From a virus (Duplodnaviria; Caudoviricetes), in the IMG/VR virus record IMGVR_UViG_3300031519_008241, positions 1 through 24,159 of that record: 24,159 nt of DNA; one strand, given 5' to 3'. The number at the start of each line of letters is the position of its first letter. The first letter of the stretch is position 1. The notes beneath the pieces were generated by a model that ran no database searches, was not told the origin of the DNA, and was given only the letters and a program-made list of their open reading frames with translations. Of this stretch, positions 1 through 6,652 are shown one piece after another. The translations under genes were made by a program, and so were the position numbers.

Positions 1-2
1 CC

Positions 3-305
3 GTAGGCACTGGTATGGTCGGCGCTCCCGCCTGCGGAGACGTAATGGTTCTTTATATAGAAGTGAATGAAGGAATAATACTGGATGCAAAGTTTAAAAC
101 CTATGGGTGTGGAAGTGCAATTGCTAGTAGCTCTTTGCTTACCGAGTGGGTGAAAGGACGAAGCCTTGAAGAGGCTGGAAGTATTAAAAACACTGAACTA
201 GCAGAAGAACTCTGTCTTCCCCCAGTTAAAATACATTGTAGTGTCCTAGCAGAAGATGCAATTAAAGCTGCAATTAAAGACTATAGAGCCAAACAAAATT
301 CTTGA
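3..305 (+). CDS. iscU: Fe-S cluster assembly scaffold IscU (5'-truncated by window edge)
   Basis: Frame open from window start (VGTG-MVGAPACGDVM). Has IscU motifs GAPACGD, FKTYGCGSAIASSS and LPPVKIHCSVLAEDAIKAA with all three Cys ligands. Confidence 0.96.
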   Translation, partial: VGTGMVGAPACGDVMVLYIEVNEGIILDAKFKTYGCGSAIASSSLLTEWVKGRSLEEAGSIKNTELAEELCLPPVKIHCSVLAEDAIKAAIKDYRAKQNS

Positions 306-330
306 CATTTATACTAAATTCTTGTATAAT
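302..330 (+). promoter_or_regulatory. sigma70-type promoter TTGACA-17-TATAAT
   Basis: TTGACA 302-307 and TATAAT 325-330; the -35 overlaps the iscU stop codon. Confidence 0.9.
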
Positions 331-358
331 TAACTCTTATAAAAAAGGAAAAGAACAA

Positions 359-601
359 ATGATTATTCACGTTATTTTAGATCCAGAGCAAATGCAAGTA
401 GTGTTTATGTCACCCTCAAACGAAGCCTATGGAGAATTCATAGCGGAACTCAGAAGAGAAATGTTAGAGGACGAAATGATCGAAGAAGATGCTGACTTAG
501 ATAGTAATGATATTCTGGAAATGTACGGTAACTGGTATTACGATGTTTATAGCACCCTCGGTGTCGACGGTTGGGACGAGCACTTTAAAGAGGTTGAATA
601 A
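359..601 (+). CDS. acidic hypothetical phage protein (80 aa)
   Basis: The track start at 302 lies inside the promoter; ATG 359 follows AAGGA. Confidence 0.7.
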   Translation: MIIHVILDPEQMQVVFMSPSNEAYGEFIAELRREMLEDEMIEEDADLDSNDILEMYGNWYYDVYSTLGVDGWDEHFKEVE

Positions 602-834
602 TGGACGATAAGACTTTCGATGAGTTACTAGAGAGTGTAAAAGAGATGGACAATATGATTATGAATGCTAACGAATTAAGATATAGATTTGAAAAGTTAG
701 CAGACGAATTCGGTCATTCTTATGTGTTAAAAGCGCTACTAGCAATGCTGACACAAAATCAATTACAGGAGTATTATGAACACTTTAATAATCTTCATCC
801 AGGAATATACGATGAAGATGGGAATCATATCTAA
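601..834 (+). CDS. hypothetical phage protein
   Basis: GAGG RBS; TAATG overlap with the upstream stop. Confidence 0.7.
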   Translation: MDDKTFDELLESVKEMDNMIMNANELRYRFEKLADEFGHSYVLKALLAMLTQNQLQEYYEHFNNLHPGIYDEDGNHI

Positions 835-855
835 GATATTAATATTAACTTTAGT

Positions 856-1128
856 ATGGACAATAGTAGGAGTTATTATATGACAAGGGTGACAAACGGA
901 TCAAAAGATAGATTTGTTTTAGAGCAAAACGTAATGAACTGCTGGGAGATTATTGAAGACCTTGATCTTCTAGCGGACAGTATCATAAACAGCGATAAGT
1001 ATAGTCTAGGCCCTGAGGATGAAGATCGGGTAGTTAATAAGCTCACAGGCATTAAAGAGTTGTATGAAATGCGATTTGATCGCCTGTGGGATACATTTGA
1101 GGATATGGTAAAACATGGGCAATTATAG
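856..1128 (+). CDS. hypothetical phage protein (helical)
   Basis: Co-oriented ORF in a tightly packed operon; start could be a downstream ATG. Confidence 0.7.
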   Translation: MDNSRSYYMTRVTNGSKDRFVLEQNVMNCWEIIEDLDLLADSIINSDKYSLGPEDEDRVVNKLTGIKELYEMRFDRLWDTFEDMVKHGQL

Positions 1129-1234
1129 TTTCGAGGAAGAACAAAGGCTTGCAAAAAGAATGGCATGGCTAACAGCTATTAATACTATTTGTTTATTCAC
1201 TTTTCTAGGTGTATTCATTTATACTTTAGTATGA
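1115..1234 (+). CDS. small single-TM protein (39 aa, MGNYSFEEEQRLAKRMAWLTAINTICLFTFLGVFIYTLV)
   Basis: Hand-translated; hydrophobic C-terminal half; ATGA overlap with the next ORF. Confidence 0.55.
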   Translation: MGNYSFEEEQRLAKRMAWLTAINTICLFTFLGVFIYTLV

Positions 1235-1356
1235 AAAAGTTGGTAGACATACTCGATAGAGTTTTTGAAAGACTATACTGGACAACCATAGTGTTAGTTC
1301 CGGTATTAGTCTTACTCGCATTTCTAATAGAAATAGGAAAGTACATCATAGCATGA
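1231..1356 (+). CDS. small single-TM protein (41 aa, MKKLVDILDRVFERLYWTTIVLVPVLVLLAFLIEIGKYIIA)
   Basis: Hand-translated; ATGA overlaps at both ends. Confidence 0.6.
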   Translation: MKKLVDILDRVFERLYWTTIVLVPVLVLLAFLIEIGKYIIA

Positions 1357-1457
1357 CATATAAAGAAGAACTATCTTTAGAATTCTGGAAGGGATTCTTT
1401 TTGGGGTATCTATCTGGTTTTATTTTGCTATCGATAATATATATTATATTTAGCTAA
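1353..1457 (+). CDS. small single-TM protein (34 aa, MTYKEELSLEFWKGFFLGYLSGFILLSIIYIIFS)
   Basis: Hand-translated; ATGA overlap; GxxxGxxxG within the TM helix. Confidence 0.6.
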   Translation: MTYKEELSLEFWKGFFLGYLSGFILLSIIYIIFS

Positions 1458-1474
1458 ATTGAGGCGGGGTTATT

Positions 1475-1678
1475 ATGAGTAGTTGGAGCTACAGAGTTGT
1501 GAAAAAAGAGGGAGCCTTTGGTATTCATGAAGTTTACTATGATGATGAAGGACGTGAAAATATGTGCACAGAGAATCCAATAGATATGTATGGAGAGAGT
1601 GCAGATGATTTAGAGTTTATGATTAGAGAGTTCAAAGTTGCAATGAAACAACCTTGGTTAAGTTATGAAAATTTTTGA
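1475..1678 (+). CDS. conserved hypothetical phage protein (WSYRVVK...IHEVYYD)
   Basis: GAGG/GGGG RBS; motif recurrent in small phage proteins. Confidence 0.8.
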   Translation: MSSWSYRVVKKEGAFGIHEVYYDDEGRENMCTENPIDMYGESADDLEFMIREFKVAMKQPWLSYENF

Positions 1679-1687
1679 GGATACTAT

Positions 1688-1843
1688 ATGAAATGGATAG
1701 CATATACATTTTGGATATTCTATGTAATTATACAAGGAGGTAAAGTACTAGATACGACAGCCTCCGATATGGTATTTATAATAGTAGGATTGATAGTTGG
1801 ATTGATTGTCCTTCCCCTAACTTTTTTAGTTGAGACAGAGTAG
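1688..1843 (+). CDS. small 2-TM protein (51 aa)
   Basis: GAGGA RBS; fills the gap exactly, with its stop overlapping the GTG of the next gene. Confidence 0.65.
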   Translation: MKWIAYTFWIFYVIIQGGKVLDTTASDMVFIIVGLIVGLIVLPLTFLVETE

Positions 1844-2223
1844 TGAGCATAGACGAAGATATTAAAGAGAAGTTTGAAGGAAGTACTATGAGCAAGGCAG
1901 GACGTCTTGCCATGGAATTAACTGCGGAACGAAAGCGGTTGAAACAAGAAATGACAGAGCTTCAGATGGAAGTAGAGGATTTAAAACCTACTACTCCTAC
2001 AGGGACTCTTGACAGTTATGTAAAATGGGCTGCTACAATTTCTGCGGTTACTGGAATATTTCTACAGCAGGCAGACTTTTTTACTGCAGGACAATCTCTG
2101 TATGCACTAAGTGCCATATGTTGGATTTATGTTGGTAGTATATGGAATGATAAAGCCATTATGATTGGCAGTGCTATATCAGGTACAGCCGTGTTACTAA
2201 CATTAACGAAGTACTATTCTTAG
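1843..2223 (+). CDS. membrane protein: N-terminal coiled coil plus 3 TM helices
   Basis: Heptad-like region followed by KWAAT...WIYVGSIWNDKA hydrophobic helices. Confidence 0.75.
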   Translation: MSIDEDIKEKFEGSTMSKAGRLAMELTAERKRLKQEMTELQMEVEDLKPTTPTGTLDSYVKWAATISAVTGIFLQQADFFTAGQSLYALSAICWIYVGSIWNDKAIMIGSAISGTAVLLTLTKYYS

Positions 2224-2233
2224 GTATTCCGAA

Positions 2234-2310
2234 GGGCCTTTAGCTCAGATGGTTAGAGCATCCGACTCATAATCGGCAGGTCCAAGGTTCAAATCCTTGA
2301 AGGCCCACCA
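2234..2310 (+). tRNA. tRNA-Ile2 (anticodon CAU, lysidine type), CCA encoded
   Basis: Cloverleaf with GGGCCTT/AAGGCCC acceptor, CCGA-CTCATAA-TCGG anticodon arm, CAAGG-TTCAAAT-CCTTG T arm and ACCA end. C4:G69 and C5:G68 match TilS determinants. G1:C72 is paired and there are no three G:C pairs in the anticodon stem, so it is not an initiator tRNA. Confidence 0.88.
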
Positions 2311-2311
2311 C

Positions 2312-2626
2312 CTATGGTACTCCATCCAAAATAGTAATACTTGCGTCAGACCCAAGTATTGTTAGTTCTACCTTATAGCTAGGAACTACTACTTGCACAT
2401 CAAACGTATCAACCAAGATACTATCAACACTATAAGAAGACGGGGCAGTAGATCGTACTGATACACTGGCTTCAATATTGGTAGGGTTTGCAGTTACAAT
2501 TGCAGAGTACGCCCCTGCAGTTGTAATTTCGATATCTTGTGCAGAGTAATATTTATCAAAAATACCCCCTCTCCACCCTCTCGTTGCGAGAGATATTCTT
2601 CTACCAATTCCAGTATGGCTGCTCAC
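2312..2626 (-). CDS. small beta-rich putative virion adaptor protein (104 aa)
   Basis: Last gene of the minus-strand operon; start overlaps the upstream stop; S/T/V/I-rich C-terminal half. Confidence 0.65.
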   Translation of the reverse strand: MSSHTGIGRRISLATRGWRGGIFDKYYSAQDIEITTAGAYSAIVTANPTNIEASVSVRSTAPSSYSVDSILVDTFDVQVVVPSYKVELTILGSDASITILDGVP

Positions 2627-3243
2627 TATTCTTCTCTAGAGACAATAGTGATTTCATTTGTAGGATTAGTGATATTCATCTTGAGAGCCTCACCTGTGGT
2701 AATACTATCATCAGTAATAATCTGAGGATGTTCTTTATCTAACCCTAACGATCTCCAAACTTCTAGAAGCCTTAGCTCTGTTTTAAGCCCTCCAGCAATA
2801 GAAACAGTTGGCAGAGTACTTCTTGTAAGTGCAATGGTTACTCCGCTCTGTGGGTTTACAGGATTACCTCCCTCTTCTCGGGTATAAATATTACCTATAA
2901 TATCAAGAATATAGCCAGTAAGGTTTAAATCAGCGGGAATCCAAGGCTGTATTCGCCAGCCGTTCTCTAGAAAGTATGAATCTCCTAGTGCCGTAGTTTC
3001 TGTAATAGGGTCTCCCCCAGTAGTAGTTATAGCATCATACCACTGACTATTTTTCCTCTGAAGCATCCACTCTTTCCAGTTACTATAGATATCGATTTTT
3101 ACATCGATAGAGGTTTCACCCGGGTTTACCCGGATGAGTCTATTTTCTCCATCAAATGTAACTTTCATAGCTCCTGGTGTATCGGGCAAGTTTCTAGGTG
3201 CCCAATACGACCATTCGCCATAGTTAAAAATTACGCTAGGCAT
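2626..3243 (-). CDS. putative virion structural protein with YSxWKEW...GGDPI...NGWRI domain (205 aa)
   Basis: Directly follows the stop of the 916-aa gene; domain looks paralogous to residues ~137-202 of the 739-aa protein. Confidence 0.75.
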   Translation of the reverse strand: MPSVIFNYGEWSYWAPRNLPDTPGAMKVTFDGENRLIRVNPGETSIDVKIDIYSNWKEWMLQRKNSQWYDAITTTGGDPITETTALGDSYFLENGWRIQPWIPADLNLTGYILDIIGNIYTREEGGNPVNPQSGVTIALTRSTLPTVSIAGGLKTELRLLEVWRSLGLDKEHPQIITDDSITTGEALKMNITNPTNEITIVSREE

Positions 3244-5994
3244 TTACTGGATTCTCTCTTTCCATGCAAGATTGATTCGAATATTATGTACCTCATCTTC
3301 CACAGGTCTTTTTATAGGGTTCCACATAAATGTCCATGCTGATTGGGCAGGGGGAGTACCAGTAATGATAGCTCCAGTACTTTGGCTGCCACTGCCTTTA
3401 ACGGCGTTTAATACGGTTCTATAGTCTAACGGGTGAGAGTTAACTTCCGTAGTAAATACATCTAATGAAAACGCATGATGGTGGTAGCTAGTAGCCGTAC
3501 CTGCAGTCTCTTGAGCAGCAACTACATCTGTAGCATACGTAAAATTATGCTCGTCTATTACAGTAACTAATACTACTTCATATAAAGTATAAGTACCAGT
3601 AGGCCCAGGATAAGGAGCTACAAGAACAATTTCAGTATCACTAATTGTAGAAATTTCTCCATGCCTTTCATCAACTTCAATAAAGTCTCCAGGATTTAAT
3701 CCAGTTGCAGTAAACCCTGTTCCAGTAATAGCAACACTTCCATTAGTAACTACAGCATTTGCGACACTAGCAGTATTGAAACTAGTAGTACCTGAAATCC
3801 TTACTTTATCATTAGTATTAAAATGATGCTCATATGTGCGAACAGATGCAGTGCCTCCTGCAGCAACAATAGTATCGATAGAACGTATCCTTTCTATACA
3901 GAACGAATCACCGGATACAACCGAATCAACTGTAGTAGATTGTCTATCCCCCACTAAGAAATAATCAGTACTAGTGCCTCTAGAGCCTAACTCCAAAATT
4001 CTAACACGTTCATTAATTGCAGCTCCAGACTTAAAGGTAATATGATCATTTTCATGCCCATGGTGTAATCCAGTATAGTTAGCACTTAGTTCTCGAGTAG
4101 CTCTATCGTCTTCAAGAAGTTCCACAGTATTATATAGCTGCATCTCGTTTGAGTCTTGTAAAGACGTAATATAGGTATTACCATTTAAAAAGGTTAAGCC
4201 CGCCTCGGTAACTCCTGAGACTGTAATGGGATTTGTGTCATCAAAAAAGTGTACAGAACTTTGTAGTACTGGGTTAACTCCAACTCTCAAAGTTAGGCAC
4301 TGTCCAGTACCGTAAGGGTTATCTTCCCCAGTAATACTGTATAGGTCTTGAGATCTTACAGAGGTTGCTGCTTCTGAGTTAACTCTCTCTGTTCCATACT
4401 GTAACGTATTAAATATCTCACTAAAATTAAGTTCAGTAACGCCTTTGATAGGCCTTCGAAACATTTCTGGGCCATGCCCAGTATGAAAGGACTTTTCGTC
4501 GAGCTCAGTAGTAGCATAAGAGATTGGAGACCACTCTAACCCTTTAAGAATACATTTACGAAATATTCTAATTTCGCCGCGAATATCATCACCATTTGCA
4601 TCATAAGCATCAATAGTTAGAAATTTTGGCAAGTATAAAGAATGATTGTCTATTCCACTAATTTGTAATATTGGACGCATAGAAAATAGATAATGGCTGC
4701 TGCTGTATACAGAATCTTTATCTATACGGAAGGACTCATCTAGGCTTCTAAAGCTTCCTTCTTCCAGAATATTTGTACTACCAGTACCTTCTGACCATAC
4801 ACCGGCTCCATACGCAAAAAGACTCTTCTCACCTGTAGCTAAAGTTCCATCCCATACATTTTGTGCCCAACAAATAGGCAGATTAGGGTTACCAGTAGCA
4901 TTATGAAGCCAAGCTCCAGAAGCTGACCCATTTCCCATATCCATTTCGTGAACTATCAAGCGTACTCCTTGATAGTATACTCCATACCGAATACTACCTC
5001 CTCCGAGATGTTGAAAATCCACCCAATATTGATTAGTTTTATTGATATTTAGTTTCATACCAGAAGGATTAGTTCCTCCTCCAGTACCAGTTAAATTATC
5101 TTTATTCCATGCTGATTGAGGTATACGATTTTCTGTTTTAACTCCTTCAAAAGTTCTACGATGAACTAACGATAAAGCACTTCCGTCACCATCCCCACCA
5201 TTACTTAAATCTGAACCTAGTTGAAAGAAAAATCCATCGTCTGCATCAAACATACCCCATCTACGACTACAACCGTCTACTCCCGTATCCCCCACTCTTG
5301 TAGCCATAACGACAAGCTGGTTCGCTCCTGGAACATATGGGTGGTATAGGTTACTAGTGTGTGTAGACTTGGAGCCTGTAACAGCTTGAACTTTTACCTC
5401 TACTGCTTGATACCCTTCTTTCCATTCAACTGTTCCACCAGTACCTAGACTATTTGAAAACTGATCAAATAAAGGCCCTTTATTAAAAATATATTGTGCA
5501 AGTAGTTGCTTATTGGAAGTACGTAACTCTCCATATTGAGTCAACTCAGGAGCCCCTTCTTGGAAGGTTATCTGCCCTGACCCAAATTTATCAATGTTCC
5601 ACCCATATTCAGGGTTATCATACCCCATAATATTCTGAGCGGGGACGTATAAATCTTGGGCGGGTCCGTTAACATACCCTACGATTTGTCCATCAATGCC
5701 ACCAAGTCGTATTTCTTGATTATCTTCAGGGCTATACCCATTATGGTTTGCCAATGCATCGTAGTGTACAGAAAGCACACCAGTACTCGTAGTTTCTTCC
5801 TGGACTCCATGTACATGAATAGTAAAGTCGTTATTACTATCAAACACAGCAGCCGTTAGGTTATACCGACCCCCTGTTTGCCAAACGTGTGTTAAATCTT
5901 TGTTATCATACCTAATTTCAGCAGTGTGAATCATGTATACACGATCACCTGTACTTTCCGGAGGTATTCTAGTATATTTGCGTTCCCCTGCCAT
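3244..5994 (-). CDS. large putative virion/fibre protein (916 aa) with a lectin-like beta-sandwich and small beta-barrel modules
   Basis: AGGAG RBS. The WGMFD..DGFFF / PQSAWNKD / NPSG / YWVDFQHLGGG block resembles uncharacterised proteins of aquatic viruses. C-terminal FCCH-like barrels. Confidence 0.75.
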   Translation of the reverse strand: MAGERKYTRIPPESTGDRVYMIHTAEIRYDNKDLTHVWQTGGRYNLTAAVFDSNNDFTIHVHGVQEETTSTGVLSVHYDALANHNGYSPEDNQEIRLGGIDGQIVGYVNGPAQDLYVPAQNIMGYDNPEYGWNIDKFGSGQITFQEGAPELTQYGELRTSNKQLLAQYIFNKGPLFDQFSNSLGTGGTVEWKEGYQAVEVKVQAVTGSKSTHTSNLYHPYVPGANQLVVMATRVGDTGVDGCSRRWGMFDADDGFFFQLGSDLSNGGDGDGSALSLVHRRTFEGVKTENRIPQSAWNKDNLTGTGGGTNPSGMKLNINKTNQYWVDFQHLGGGSIRYGVYYQGVRLIVHEMDMGNGSASGAWLHNATGNPNLPICWAQNVWDGTLATGEKSLFAYGAGVWSEGTGSTNILEEGSFRSLDESFRIDKDSVYSSSHYLFSMRPILQISGIDNHSLYLPKFLTIDAYDANGDDIRGEIRIFRKCILKGLEWSPISYATTELDEKSFHTGHGPEMFRRPIKGVTELNFSEIFNTLQYGTERVNSEAATSVRSQDLYSITGEDNPYGTGQCLTLRVGVNPVLQSSVHFFDDTNPITVSGVTEAGLTFLNGNTYITSLQDSNEMQLYNTVELLEDDRATRELSANYTGLHHGHENDHITFKSGAAINERVRILELGSRGTSTDYFLVGDRQSTTVDSVVSGDSFCIERIRSIDTIVAAGGTASVRTYEHHFNTNDKVRISGTTSFNTASVANAVVTNGSVAITGTGFTATGLNPGDFIEVDERHGEISTISDTEIVLVAPYPGPTGTYTLYEVVLVTVIDEHNFTYATDVVAAQETAGTATSYHHHAFSLDVFTTEVNSHPLDYRTVLNAVKGSGSQSTGAIITGTPPAQSAWTFMWNPIKRPVEDEVHNIRINLAWKERIQ

Positions 5995-6004
5995 TATTTA
6001 CTCC

Positions 6005-6580
6005 TTATTTTGCTGTAGACAGCAACTTCATAATTTTTGCCTTGAAATCATCGTCAAATTCATCGATAGGCTTCAAGTCTAATTCGGTTTGTATGCTCGT
6101 AGCCAGCGGGGCCTTAGCGGGTTCTTCAAATACAGGCATTACTGGTTTGTTAACTTTAGTACTCAAATTGTTAACTTCTAACCGCTTACTTGCATAGTTA
6201 ATGCTAATACTCCATTTCGTTTCGTAGCCGCTCCAGTCAATTTCCTGACCTAAATAGTTTAAATCTACCATTTGATACACGTTTCGTTTCCGTGCGGGAA
6301 GTCCTTCTAAAATACTCTCTAATGCAAGTCCCATTTCCACCTTAGTCTTAATCTCAATTAATGTCGAGTGGATAAATGTCTTGTCAGTTTCAGGAGCAAT
6401 TCTTACAATATTATTTTTTGTTACAAAAAGATCCCAAGCTAAGGAAAAACCTGCCCAAGTATCCCCAGGTTCCATAACTTTTTCAATTTCTGCAATAATT
6501 GAATTTATTTCGTCATTAAACTGAGTAACACCATTTTTCATGGTATACGCAGTGTGTCTAACTTTCTTTCTTGAAAACAT
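6005..6580 (-). CDS. hypothetical protein (191 aa, soluble; possible assembly factor)
   Basis: GAGG RBS; charged, helical composition unlike its neighbours. Function not recognised. Confidence 0.7.
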   Translation of the reverse strand: MFSRKKVRHTAYTMKNGVTQFNDEINSIIAEIEKVMEPGDTWAGFSLAWDLFVTKNNIVRIAPETDKTFIHSTLIEIKTKVEMGLALESILEGLPARKRNVYQMVDLNYLGQEIDWSGYETKWSISINYASKRLEVNNLSTKVNKPVMPVFEEPAKAPLATSIQTELDLKPIDEFDDDFKAKIMKLLSTAK

Positions 6581-6597
6581 ATTTTTTCCTCGTTTTA

Positions 6598-6624
6598 GAA
6601 AAGGGGGGAAGAAACCCTCCCCCC
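6598..6624 (-). terminator. intrinsic terminator/attenuator after the 739-aa gene
   Basis: Minus strand reads GGGGGGAGGG-TTT-CTTCCCCCC-TTTT. Confidence 0.75.
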
Positions 6625-6652
6625 GAATTTACACCTAATATTAAACTATAAC

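Noticed and set aside
302-358. 5' extension of the 99-aa ORF from TTG 302
   Set aside because: That TTG is part of the -35 box; ATG 359 has the RBS.
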